Counted from the whole stretch's first letter, positions 37,626-49,661 are shown. The stretch: DNA of 57,426 nucleotides, filler included, from Ionaspis alba (GCA_964255285.1; 5 parts of 5 records of this genome joined end to end with filler, not necessarily neighbours in it); one strand, 5' to 3'. Numbers and translations are program-made. Notes: a model not told the origin generated them from the letters alone.

Positions 37626-38789
37626 ATGATTCGCAATGGGGCAGCTCGCTCCCTTTCACGATGTATTTCAAGGCCCACAGCCTTCCCGGTCCGCAATTGC
37701 TTCCCGAAACCTGCCAAAATCACTCCGTCACATTCGAGTGCTCGTTCAGCAAGCTTCAGCCGCCGCTCCACCCTAGCTCTAACTTCCCACAAGCCTATCA
37801 CCTTTTCTCTTCAACGTTACGCGACCACCACTACTGGACCACCCTTTGATCATATTGACAAGAAAACCGAGGAGGAGATTGCTGGAGAAGAGCTTGAGCC
37901 AAGGCCAGAAGAAGTGTCCACGGACTCTTCGGTTCGTCACATAACACGGGAAGAAGGAGTTGAGGAGCAGGAACGTGACACGGATATGCTGGCTGGAGTG
38001 AAATCGGATCTGGTAGGTTGTAGCACCTTTCATAGGAAGAGATCGAAAGTTTAGTTGACCATCGTTACTGCAGAAAACCATTAAGGAAACGTTCGCATTA
38101 AACGACGTGCCAAGGGAAGCTCTCTATATTGGCATGGCAGGAGTCCTTCCGTACCTTGCTACGTCGCTTTCAACAGTCTATCTTGCGTGGGACATCAATC
38201 ATGCCCATTTGACTGGATCGGGCTTCCTTCTCTCGGGTGAGAATGCTGAGCTGCTACTTCATATTGTGGAGCCATTACAGATCGGATACGGCGCCGTGGT
38301 AAGTCGAGACGAGTGTCGAGACTTGGTGGAGGCAGGGCCTGACACAATGCACAGATCATTTCATTCCTAGGAGCTATTCACTGGGGGCTTGAATGGGCGA
38401 AATATGGTGGCGAAAAGGGCTATAGGCGATACGCAATTGGCGTTATCGCGCCAGCTATTGCTTGGCCTACCATGCTGTTGCCGGTGGAATATGCTTTGAT
38501 CGCCCAATTCGCAGCTTTCAATTATCTCTACTTCACCGACGCAAACGCAACAGTGAAGGGATGGTGTCCTTCTTGGTACACGACTTATCGTTTCGTCCTG
38601 ACTTTCGTGGTCGGTGCAAGTATCGTCGTCAGCTTGATTGGACGAGGTCAGATCTCAGACAAGATCAACAGATTGCCAGGACCTGCGGACAGGCTAAAGG
38701 CTTTGCGAGATTCGCAAATGGAGAGTTTGGAGAAGGAAGAGCGGGAAAGGAGAGCGAAGATGGTTGCCGAGGATGAAGAGGAGGAGTAG
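37626..38789 (+). CDS. mitochondrial membrane protein, DUF3429/TMEM69-like; 3 exons
   Basis: Arg/Ser-rich presequence; GMAGVLPYLAT; QIGYGAV-IISFLGAIHWGLE; PSWYTTYRFVLTFVVGAS. Confidence 0.8.
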
Positions 38790-39377
38790 GATTGGTTCCT
38801 CTTATTGCTTGTGATGGGAATGACAGTGTACCCTGTAGATATTGTAAATCGCAGAAAATTTAGCATTCCTACATGTTCATGATGCGTACTGCTTCGAAAC
38901 AGCCCGATACCAAGAGCCTCTAGATCTCAAAACAATCGCGTCTTGGGAAACTGTTAGAGCTCTGCCTTTGGGTCGCAGGGGGCGGAGTGGCTTGTTGATA
39001 CGAGGCTGCAGGACAGACTAGACCCTTTGGGGAAAAACGGAATCGGAATTGGCCCAGCAATAAACGACGAAGTTTCCGGACGTCGATGAGATCAAGAGAC
39101 GAATCAAGTCGGTGTTGAGAGTAGAGCGACGTCGTACATGATTTGGTTCTTGCTGAAGGTAAAGGTGTGTCTATGAATACGTTGTCTGTTTTCACATGTG
39201 AGCTACCGATCCGACGACGACCAAGATCCGATACCACGTAGTAAGCATGATTGTTCAGCTTCACGAGGTATGTCCAAAGAGTTGGTAGCAGACTTCATCC
39301 CTTTCGCTAATCTACTCCCAGGTAGATATCCCCGTAATTCCTTTAGGCTTCGAACCATCCTCTTGTCTACATTCACC

Positions 39378-42300
39378 ATGTTGTCCTACTTCCAAGGGAT
39401 CAGACCTAGTGGCCGGCGGGGTCCATCGACTCATACTGGCTCTTCTCAATCGTCAGAGCCTAGAAGATATATAAATGGATCGGCTCGAGATTCCGGGCAC
39501 TTAGACCATGAAAAATCATCACTTGCAGCAGCGGGCGTTGATGCTGTTGAACTTCCTACAAACACATCTTCTTATGCTCCTGTTCTTCCGCCTATACCCC
39601 ACATCGCAGCCCGCCACAGTCCACCAGGAAATGGGTTCTACGAACAGGTGAATGAAGGAGGACAAGAGAAACCAAAATCAAGGCAGATCGAACATGATGC
39701 ATCCGCGGGAGTCTCTCAAGTCCCCAAAAGTTTCGTAAAGACAAAACCTGAGGTTCACAATGATAGTTATGAGAAGGCCTGGAAGGTTGAGCCTGAACTG
39801 GTCAGTTCATATAGAATCTCTCGGCCCAGACCAACTCCAGCGGCAGTCGACGAGTCTTATGAGATGCATAAACCGTTATTTCGTCCACGCACGGAGCCTA
39901 CAAATAGCCGGCCCAGAAGTCCACGACAGGTTACACTAGAAGAATCATCGGACTGGGTAAGACCAGAGCCAGTATATCATAGTAACAGCTATGTGGCCCC
40001 GCCCACAAGCATAATCCCGAACAACGGACGGCACAGTAAAACCAAACTCAATATGCTCAATCCAATGTCATTGCTCTCTCGGCGGCGATCAGCACAAATA
40101 GGTGGAAAGATAAATGGTCAGTCGTCATCGCACCGACCGAGTGCATCAATAGTTGCTACTGGGCTACCGGACGACTACGATCCTAGGATTCGGGGAAAGG
40201 TTGTGCATGACTTCAGTGCTCCTAGACCAAGACACTATGTATCTGCCAACAACATTGCATTCTCGAGGAGTCGGGATGATGCAGATGCAGAGCTCAAGAA
40301 CAGTCAACTGAAAATTGATCTGCTGAACGCTCATGATGGCACGACCTCTGACGAAGAAAGTTCGAAGCATACCTCCAGAAATTCAAGATCTCCGGACCGA
40401 CAGCATACTCCGATATTCAAGGAACACTTTGGAGACGACATAGATTGGCGATTCGATGCCCATGATCGAAATATCGAATCGACATCAGAGTTTGCAGAAC
40501 AGCCATCGATTCAAGAACCGATTCGAAAACGATCTCCTCTTCCAGCTTTCGCTCGTAATCTTCCTGCTGACATTACAAACAACTTTATCTTGAAAGACCA
40601 GATGTCCTTATCTGCTACGAGACCACCCTCTGATGCTCTCGCAAAACAACCTCCGCCGAACACTCCACCAACAACTTCCCCAGCACCTGCAGCACAAGAG
40701 CCTTCTCAATATACACCCTCCCCTAAGGCGCGCTCCCGGACTCCATCAAGCGCGGATCAATCCAGGTTTCTGACGGCAATGCCAAAACATATGACGAGTA
40801 ATGCTTCACGTTTCAGTTTTGATCTAGCAGGTGTAGGATCTGCCGCTCAAGAAAAACTACTGGAAGATAAGCATAGGCAACAGAACGCTCGGAAGACCCG
40901 GGAGAGTGCAATATCTGGAGCTTCTGCTATTGAGACAGACGGTGGTATGCCCGAAGATGATGACTTTGACTACGACGATATCGATTTTGATGACGGACTA
41001 GAGGAAAAGATTCCTGGAGTGAATGCAGACTTTGATGAGGAAAACGAATTCTCGTTTGAAAGTTCTCCAGGAGACTCTCGGCTACAACTCTCACATGATC
41101 AAGCAAACAACTCCCTACCAGAAAAGACGCTGGCTGGACGTACATGGCTGGATGAAGTTCAAAGCCCCGAAGAGTCTCCTACCAGTCCTCAACCGCTTCC
41201 ACCACTGCGAATATCACCCAAGAACGAGTTGAAAAGGAATCTTTCTCAATCGGATGTGATAGGTGAAACTGAGGTTTCCAACCCTAGTCGGTCATGGGAC
41301 GATCGTTGTATGTCTTACCAAACTACACGCCCAGTGCATAATTCAATATCCTACAAAGAATACTCCAATCTCGACGGAACTGATCTGTATTTCGACGACG
41401 GCTTGATTGACATTCTGGGTGAGACAGACGGAACTACCTTCGATGAATCTGTCTTCGATGATGATACCAGTCGTGTTTACGGTCTTCCTCTACGTGATCT
41501 AAAGCCTTTGCCCGAAGTAGTAGAATCGAGCAGTGCTGAGATGTCCCAGCAATCGACCAGGCCTATCTCATTAGACAGTGAGGTTGTCCCTGCGAATGTG
41601 CAACCAGAAGTGGGGCAGGATACCAGTCAAGCATCGTTGTTCTCGTTCGATAGATCGCTGCCTGCTCCAAGGAGTTCACTCATTCAGAAACATCGCATGC
41701 CACACGGTAATCGCAACCCATTAGCAAATCTTACGCATGATAACCTAGAAGCATACCATAGTGCTCTAGCTGGTGCAGCTAATCGTGCAGCCCTCGATGG
41801 CAAGTTTGATCGTAAGGGAAGTATGGACGACGGGCAGGATGGTCAAGATCATGCTAAAGAACAAAATCAAAGGATTGTCAGTTTCGACGAAAACCAGCTG
41901 AGTAGACCAAAGGACAGCTTCGTTCTCGAAGGCTCAGTGGAAGACGACAATCCGCACAACTTCGATGACGACCTGGATGACGAGGCCATCATCGCGGCGG
42001 CAAATGCAGAGGCATTGGAGAATGATGACGAAGGGTTTTACGGTCAAGAGTTTGGCTTCTTTGCACACTCCAATGGCTCGGAAGAGGCTCAATACGTCAA
42101 CGGCGGATACTTTGGATCCTCGGAGAGTAACGGTATCAAGCGAAGTCACAGCGGTCGCGCCAATGGTCAAGAACCAAGCCTTACACCTATCACAGAGCGG
42201 AGTGAGTGGAGCCAGCGCAATTCGATGATATCGTTAGCAATGCACGGTGGCCACCCTCCACCGATGCAGACTCCTGGGCTTGCACAATTGGCAGATGCCA

Positions 42301-42821
42301 TACAACTCGAAGACGATAACATGTCGCTCTCTGCCCTGATGAAGCTTCGGCGTGGAGCTTGGGGCGGTAGTAACACGAGCTTGCAGAGCTCGGGGAGTCA
42401 AAAGAGTGGCGCGCCAGTGACGGGGATTCGTCCAGTGACCCCAAACAACATGCCGAGCAGCGGGCTCGTTGGCTCGAACCTTGCTGGCTCGAGTTACAGC
42501 CTTGCCAGCAGCAATTATTCCGACCCTGACGAGGATGTCTCACAAGATAGTCCTACATTGACATTACAGACACAGGGGTTGGTCATGCCACCCGGACTAG
42601 ATGCGCCTAGGAGTAGCGGATCGGACTCCTCTCCTAAGCGACGAAATGCTATCAAAGCGGTGGGCCATAGTCGGAATAGCAGTGGTGCTGAGAGCGTCAG
42701 CTATGTCAAAGAATTGAATGAGGATGGAATAGGAACTTGGGTACTGGAGAGAAGGCGTACCGCTGAGGGAGGGCAGATGGAAGTATTTGGCCGGCAGGTC
42801 GTGGAGGGTGGGAGAATCTAA
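39378..42821 (+). CDS. large conserved hypothetical protein, mostly disordered and S/D/P-rich
   Basis: Intronless ORF of about 1147 aa with short motif islands (LPDDYDPRIRGKVVHDFSAPRP; ANAEALENDDEGFYGQEFGFF; LTPITERSEWS; WVLERRRTAE...GGRI). No catalytic domain seen. Confidence 0.75.
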   Translation: MLSYFQGIRPSGRRGPSTHTGSSQSSEPRRYINGSARDSGHLDHEKSSLAAAGVDAVELPTNTSSYAPVLPPIPHIAARHSPPGNGFYEQVNEGGQEKPKSRQIEHDASAGVSQVPKSFVKTKPEVHNDSYEKAWKVEPELVSSYRISRPRPTPAAVDESYEMHKPLFRPRTEPTNSRPRSPRQVTLEESSDWVRPEPVYHSNSYVAPPTSIIPNNGRHSKTKLNMLNPMSLLSRRRSAQIGGKINGQSSSHRPSASIVATGLPDDYDPRIRGKVVHDFSAPRPRHYVSANNIAFSRSRDDADAELKNSQLKIDLLNAHDGTTSDEESSKHTSRNSRSPDRQHTPIFKEHFGDDIDWRFDAHDRNIESTSEFAEQPSIQEPIRKRSPLPAFARNLPADITNNFILKDQMSLSATRPPSDALAKQPPPNTPPTTSPAPAAQEPSQYTPSPKARSRTPSSADQSRFLTAMPKHMTSNASRFSFDLAGVGSAAQEKLLEDKHRQQNARKTRESAISGASAIETDGGMPEDDDFDYDDIDFDDGLEEKIPGVNADFDEENEFSFESSPGDSRLQLSHDQANNSLPEKTLAGRTWLDEVQSPEESPTSPQPLPPLRISPKNELKRNLSQSDVIGETEVSNPSRSWDDRCMSYQTTRPVHNSISYKEYSNLDGTDLYFDDGLIDILGETDGTTFDESVFDDDTSRVYGLPLRDLKPLPEVVESSSAEMSQQSTRPISLDSEVVPANVQPEVGQDTSQASLFSFDRSLPAPRSSLIQKHRMPHGNRNPLANLTHDNLEAYHSALAGAANRAALDGKFDRKGSMDDGQDGQDHAKEQNQRIVSFDENQLSRPKDSFVLEGSVEDDNPHNFDDDLDDEAIIAAANAEALENDDEGFYGQEFGFFAHSNGSEEAQYVNGGYFGSSESNGIKRSHSGRANGQEPSLTPITERSEWSQRNSMISLAMHGGHPPPMQTPGLAQLADAIQLEDDNMSLSALMKLRRGAWGGSNTSLQSSGSQKSGAPVTGIRPVTPNNMPSSGLVGSNLAGSSYSLASSNYSDPDEDVSQDSPTLTLQTQGLVMPPGLDAPRSSGSDSSPKRRNAIKAVGHSRNSSGAESVSYVKELNEDGIGTWVLERRRTAEGGQMEVFGRQVVEGGRI

Positions 42822-43050
42822 TGTAGGGGAAGGAGTTTTGCTTATCTAGCTGTTGGGAGGATTATGGAAACATGAGGATGACATTTTCTTGAGATACCCT
42901 GCGAAGGAAACACGTCCTTTCGCTTTTTCTATTTAGATTGAAAGTTGCCGGAGGTCATGTAGGAGCTAATTCTGCAATATAAACACGAAATAACACATCT
43001 ATTAAAACGTGCGTTAAATGTGTATCAACATCTATAATCAGCATAAGTTA

Positions 43051-44370
43051 TCATTCCGCTCTCCTCAACCTCCCCTCCCACTCCACCCTCAACCTCTCCA
43101 TCTCGTCCCACACCTTCCCGCCTAATGTCTCAAACTTCCTCCTTGCCTCATCGGTCAGATCCGGCGCCCCAACTCTCCTAACCGCCCGTCCTCCAAACCT
43201 GCTCTCATCCCCAACCGTCCCTCCGAAGCCCCACCCCTCCACTTCCGTCCGCAGCACTTTCTCTCTTCCCCACGCATCCGTCGCACTTCCCCACTTCGCC
43301 TTGCCGTCCTTCTCCTCCAACGCATCGAGCGTATCCTGTGGCGTCAGCCCCAGCCACACTGGGGCCGTCGCGCCTTGATATGTCGTTATTGTGTGCCACG
43401 GCGATCCTAGCCAGCGCGCGAAGTAGAAGGCCAAAAGCTTGAGGTACAGCACAACGATCATAAGGGGGAGAATCTTGGTGTCGCAGACGCCTGGGTGGCA
43501 GACATAAGTTTTTGGTCTCAGCGACTGGGGAATAGGGTCGCCTGTGGGTGTTGAAAGGAATGAAGAAACGGCGTTTTGGGAGGGCGGAAGTGAGGCATTG
43601 AGAGCGAGGACTTCGGTGAGGCGCTTCGAAGAGTGGTAAGCGTAAGGGCTTTGAATGCCTTGGATATCAGATGCATTGAAGGCTGCGGCTGTGGCTTCGA
43701 TGCTGCCGATCCAGATGATGCGAGCCGGATGGGAACGTGGGGTGGATGTGAGTAGGGGCATCAAGGCGTGGGTAAGCATGTAATGACCGAAGACATTGGC
43801 GGTGAAGACTTCGCCGAGGGGTGGCTCTGGTGGGGATGTGTTGGCGGGCAACTGGGGTTTGGCGAGGAGGCCGACATGGTGGAGGAGATATGATGGATAG
43901 GTGGTCGCTTTGAGGGTGTCTACAGTGGCTTCCCAGAGTGCGGGTGGCCAGTTGATAGCACGGACGCCAGAGATGCCGGCGTTGAGGTAGAGGATGTCGA
44001 GGCGGGGGAGGGTGGTGAGGAGATTGCGGGAGAGGGCGAGGACCGAGTTGAGATCGAGGAGGTCCACTTGGAGGGATCGAAAGGTTATACGAGGAGATGA
44101 GGGTGTATTGTTGGAGTTGTGTTTGAAATGCTTTCGGAGAGAGACTAGGGTATCCTGAGACTTTTTGGTGCTTCGGGTCGTGATGATGAGGTTAAGCGTA
44201 GAGGTGGATGGCTTGGTTGCGAGGAACTCGTCAATCAGACGGGAGCATATTGCGCTGCCGAGTCCACTGGTAGGACCTTAGCAAAGTCCTTAATAGACAA
44301 TTGAAAGGAGGACTTACGCATTTGCCCCTGTAATAAGGACATATGTACATCGTGGATCTATATTCACCAT
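43051..44370 (-). CDS. ERG27: 3-keto-steroid reductase (SDR family)
   Basis: Spliced Rossmann motif VLITGANA-GLGSAICSRLIDEFL; LDILYLNAG; VFTANVFGHY; catalytic YHSSK; HPG; YFARWLGSPWH. Confidence 0.9.
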
Positions 44371-44702
44371 TATTTACATAGATTGTTACATCTTCTATAC
44401 GTTTTTGTCTCCGAGATTTTGATAGTACACAGTCGGCACTTGTAATCTCCGACATCTCGCCTCCATACGATACCGACTCCGGCCACAGCACATTCCACAT
44501 ACACATTCCAAAGGTTACGCTTCCAACCGTCTTTGGACACAGCTAAGAGCGGATCCATCAGCAATTACTGTGATTCTACAATGATGTACTATTTACTTGA
44601 AGTACGCCACGTGGTGAGGCCGCTTTCGTCCCTTTCAGCATTGTATTCCTCTTTGTCTATCGGCTTTCTGTTGGCTGCAGCCAGTATTTCCTGCAACGCT
44701 CA

Positions 44703-44912
44703 ATTGTACGACCGAAAGCAGCAAGATGCTCTTGCTGAGGTCGCATTGCTCATCAAANNNNNNNNNNNNNNNNNNNNNNNNNNNNNNNNNNNNNNNNNNN
44801 NNNNNNNNNNNNNNNNNNNNNNNNNNNNNNNNNNNNNNNNNNNNNNNNNNNNNNNNNATTGTACGACCGAAAGCAGCAAGATGCTCTTGCTGAGGTCGCA
44901 TTGCTCATCAAA
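44703..44912. repeat. 55-bp direct duplication flanking a 100-N gap (assembly overlap)
   Basis: 44703-44757 is identical to 44858-44912. Confidence 0.85.
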
Positions 44913-45052
44913 TCCTCGTGGATGATGCTCTTCTTTGTCTCGTCTCTCGCCACTTCCTCATACTCTCGTTCGCTCGACAATCCTATTTTGATATCCACTT
45001 GACGTTCATCATTGTTTCGCTTGCTCTCTCTCTACCTTCTCTGCGGCACAAG

Positions 45053-45961
45053 ATGTTGCTGGTAGCTTTGGCGGCCATTGGAAGCCTATTCGGTCAAGCG
45101 CACGCCCAAGTTCCTGGAGTTGACCTCACGAAACTGCCATTATGTGCTGTAAGTTACTTGTTGTCGGCTACGGAACGGTCCTAACGTTTTGAAGCAAGGA
45201 TGCCTTACAAACAATACTGGTGCAGCATTTGGTTGTGCCATATCGGACATCCACTGTGTTTGCAGTAGTATACCATATATTAATGCCCTGTCATGCTGCC
45301 TTATACAGAAGTGCAATTCGACAGAACAGAGAGGTAAGCCTCCAGAGGCACATGCAGCCAGTGCACTATATACTCATAAAACCATAGCGGCACTCACTTT
45401 CGACATTGCTCTGTGCGCCACCTACAATGTTAGCATCCCCAACTTTCTGGGTTGTTCACCACTGGAAACAACCGGAACGTCAGGCGGAAGCACAATATCA
45501 GGGGCCAGCGTAGCTACGGGGAGCACCATTTCGTCCTTGAGTATAGCAACAGTCTCAACGTTAAGCAGTGTTCAATCTGCTGTAACAACGACGAGCGATG
45601 GTCCAGTTGCCACCTTCACTGGCGGCAGATTACTCGGCGGGTCATGCACTGTTCCTCATATAGCATCTTACACAATGGATTCAGGAGGCGTCCTCGAATA
45701 CCCCTGGGTCGGCTGCTCTGGAAATTCTCCTGAATGTTGCCCGTATGACATTTCTCAAGCCGGACCTCTGACGGTCTGCCCAGCCGACTACTTTACCACA
45801 AACTCAGCCTGCTGTCCCTCGTAAGAATCCCTCCCCTAGCCTAATCTATAGTTGCCACGCTAACACTCCTCCCCCTACAGCGGCTGGTCCATCTACACCT
45901 CCACCATCGCAGGCCAAACCCCCTGCTACACAACCGCCGCCCTCCCCCTCGTGGCCCCAAC
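45053..45961 (+). CDS. secreted or cell-surface CFEM-domain protein with a second Cys-rich domain, 3' truncated
   Basis: Signal peptide MLLVALAAIGSLFGQAHA. CFEM pattern LPLCAQGC...GCAISDIHCVC...CCLIQKC...ALC. S/T-rich stalk, then GCS..SPECCPY...CPADY....ACCPSGW...PCY. Confidence 0.82.
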
Positions 45962-46061
45962 NNNNNNNNNNNNNNNNNNNNNNNNNNNNNNNNNNNNNNN
46001 NNNNNTTAATTAATTAANNNNNNNNNNNNNNNNNNNNNNNNNNNNNNNNNNNNNNNNNNNN
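45962..46061. other. artificial scaffold linker
   Basis: N44-TTAATTAATTAA-N44. Confidence 0.98.
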
Positions 46062-46471
46062 GGGGAGTGATGTGGGGAATGAAGGGAGGGAATGGGGAGG
46101 GGAGATTTATGGAGTATAGATGCTTTGGTTGGCTTTTGCTCGGAGACATTTGCTTGATACTTGGTTATACTCGTGAGACTGTTGGTATCACTTCATATAG
46201 TTGAGGTAGTCAATCGGAGCCCATCCGTGGGATTTAGTACATCGCTGGTCTAGCTAAGTGTCCTTCAGTGGACCATATTCAATCATTCTTGTTTGCAAAC
46301 GTTATCAGATCATGGACATCGGTCGGAAGCGAATGTGTTCGTTAAGACATGGTACATCATAAAGCAAGATCGCCAAGCTCGTCCTCATCCAAGAGCCCGG
46401 TCCGGCGAACCGAGAAAAAATTTTCTGGAAAGAAACCAGGAACTGTCTACTCAATTGTGTGTTTCCGCCTC

Positions 46472-48289
46472 TCACGAAACTTGTCTACGCCTAAATCGAA
46501 TAGTCTGACTCCTATCAGGTCCAATCCTCTCATCAACAAAGACATTTGCCGGTCTCTCCATCTGACCTTCAGGGAAATCAAAATCGTACTTCAGCAGCAG
46601 ACTGGCCAGAATAAGTTTGATCTGGGCTGCAGCGAAGAAGCGACCTGGACAGGCATATTTGCCGTGGCCGAAGGGGAGGTTGATCGATGAGGTGCTAATA
46701 TGAATGTTAGTGGCTGTATTAGAAGCTGGGAGTGAGGAACTGACCTGGTGAACTGGTGGCGATTGGCTTCTTCCGGGGACGATTGGCGCATTTCATAGAA
46801 GCGGAAAGGCCGGAACTCATCGGGTGCAGGATAGTAGGCTGGATCTTTCGCGATGCAGGCGGTCGGCATGGTTACGAAGGTGCCGGCTGGAAGGAATGTG
46901 CCGTCCGAAAGGGTCATGTCTTTGAGGACTTTGCGGTTGAATGAGACTGGAGAGACTGTTGTCAGACAGAAACCTAGTGGGAGGAAGCACTATGGGAAGA
47001 CATACGAGAGCCTGGATGATTCAGGCGTTGGGACTCCTTGAGCAAACTGTCAAGTTTCTTCATTTTGTTGATGGCCGATAGCTTGAGACCGCCCTCTTCG
47101 GCGATCGCATTTTGAATCTCTTCTCTTAGAGGCTCAATATACTGAGGCATGGCGCAGAGATCGAACAAGGCGTGACAAGCACTCATGGTACTGGTATGGA
47201 TAGATGCAAGACAGAGAAATAGAACCTTGCGAGAAAGCTTGGCAGGAGTCCCATCACTTCCCTCCGCCGAGTCGGTCATCCATTGCAGGAGGTCCAAAGG
47301 CTTGTCTTCTCCCTTCTTGGAAGGAGTCCGAGAGTTCAGGATAGGAGTCAGGTGCTTTCTTGCAATGGCAAGATGACCCTGCACTCTCCTCCTGGAGTCG
47401 AGGAAGTAATAGATGAATGGTCGGACCATCCAGTGACGATCTCGAAGTGCTCCTGCAACTGCAAATGCGTCAAGCGTATAACCGACCGTCGTGGCCAGCC
47501 ATTCGGGGTTGCGGCATAGGGGAAGTCCCACAAACACTCGAGACATCACCCGAGAGATTGTGTTCAAGAGCACAGTGTGTCCATTATGAGAGTGCCAGTC
47601 TGAAGTTTGGTGTCAGAAAAGGGCCTCGATCACAGTTGCGGTACTTGACTATCTCACCGTTGTTATCAACACAATCAGGAAGCTCTTGCTTCAGTGCAAA
47701 GTTGACTTCATCCTGCATACTTTCCATGGATCGAGCTATATAGGAAAAGTTTAGTACCTGATGACGAGATTTGACAATTCAGCTCAAAAGAGACGTACCC
47801 AAATTCTGGGTCATTTGTACACGACAGACATCGTTTTGCAAGTGACTTTCCAGAACCACGCTCAATGTGGTGTAACGACCCAAATGTCTCTCGTTCATTG
47901 CTACCCGAGTACTGAGATGGGACTCTGGAGCCACACGAAGCTCTTCCACGTATTTGTTCGATAGAACAACTCTTTCCATATCTGCCGTCTGGATAAGAAA
48001 TGCAGAGTCTTTGAACTGGATCCATAGGAAGCCTCATCAATTTCTGTCTGTAAATCCTTCTTTTTGGAGTTCAGCGTACCTTTGAGTAGCCATCTTCAAG
48101 CAATTTGTGACCGTTGGCTAGGAAATCAGCTTTGACAGCCGCCACGCCCACCTTCTTCGGATCCTTTCCAACACGTGGGATCCTCAACTTCTTTCCATAA
48201 TTAAGGAATTCTTGTGCAAGAATAGCAGTAAGGCCGCAAAGAGCAGCGTATACGCAGAAACGGACGGCGAGTTCACCGAGAGGAGACAT
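46472..48289 (-). CDS. cytochrome P450 (terpenoid-tailoring, ent-kaurene oxidase/PaxP-like clan), cluster P450 A
   Basis: N-terminal TM anchor; I-helix LASIHTS; ExxR in KESQR; PDEFRPFRF; heme motif FGHGKYACPGRFFA; about 6 exons; stop TGA at 46472-46474. Confidence 0.92.
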
Positions 48290-49661
48290 TGATGTTCTTT
48301 GGTGGGAGAACTTTCGACTGTTGCAATTGAGATGACAGATTTGTTGCAAGTCCATCTTCACTCAGGCTGGGGGATATCCTTGAGAGGCGGTGGAGGTCAT
48401 TTCGGGAAGGTTGCATGCTCAAATAGTCTGACCTGTCGCGCGAAGGTCTCCTTGGATTGCCCCCGCTCTGTGTTGCGCCGAATAGCTCAATTGCTCAACA
48501 GCCAGGTACCCTCCGTCCACGGTTGACGTGACATTTTGGCCTTCCACTTTGGTTACACACACTTGAATGTCAGATTATGATGTGTTCTTGTCATGGCATT
48601 CCCACACGCAGCCATTGAGGTCATACCCAGCCAGAGATAGAGATCCTTCGATTAAGAATTCTCCCTTACTCTGCATATGCTTCTGCAAGCCAAGTATTGT
48701 AGATAGGATATCGGACACATCAACTGAGCATCCGCTATATGCACGTTGAGCTTCAGACGCCATCTTCCTGCAGTGTCGTTGTGATGGGGACGAGAATAAG
48801 ATTGATAGACAGTTACAGTGTCGTAGAAGATCCTCGTGCTGACACCGTTGATGCCGGTCTGGTCAACCTCCGTGATGGACTACAACTTCCCGATTGGTTA
48901 GCGATTTCCAGTCCTGTAATGCACGAGCACACTAAAGATGTTAATTACACTGGTGGCTTACTAGTTGCTCCACGCCATCTCGTCATCCCGCCTGTACCAC
49001 ACGAATCCTCCCGAGCACAGATTCAGCCTCTATAGGCTAGTATCTTCGAACCCTAAATTGTCCTTTCTGCAGACCTCATATCCAGATTATGCCACGGCTC
49101 CCCAATAGGATCAACACCTTTTATCACCCAATAAGTCTACTCGGCCGTAGAGCAATGACCCCCACCACCTCGAGACGCAATGCAAAGTAAGATTTTGGCT
49201 CGACCACATTAGACGATGTAACGAGGCCCTGTGCAGCGGCTCCAGTCATTTTCGGGGGAAATTGGAATTGGTAGAATCTACCCGACGCAGAACTCTCTCC
49301 CATGTGCTCTCGACAATCTTCAGATCCCAGCTCGACCCTTACATCTCTCACCGCCATCGTCGTCAGCGGTTGACACTTCGAATCCTGAGCTATGCATAAT
49401 GTTTTCGGCTTTGTTTGGACCGCATGTGACTCGAGTTCGCATTTCAAAGCAATGCATGTGAACTGTTGCACTATTCGTGCAGTAATTGACTAGAAGGACT
49501 GTATATTTCAAGGATACCATTCTTGCCCCAATTTGGGGTCAGTGCCTTTAGTCTGTTGTCAATATCTGCTACCCCTTTTTCGACTTGAAGCACTGTTCAG
49601 TTCTTGATATCAGCTACAATCATCTTGCTGCTTAAATATTATTACAAGCTCACTAGCAATC

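Noticed and set aside
44462..44471. Sterol regulatory element upstream of ERG27 (TCCATACGAT)
   Set aside because: It is only an imperfect match to SrbA/Upc2-type sites and occurs once.
43051..45961. ERG27 and the CFEM gene as part of the diterpene cluster
   Set aside because: The apparent adjacency is created by the linker at 45962-46061.
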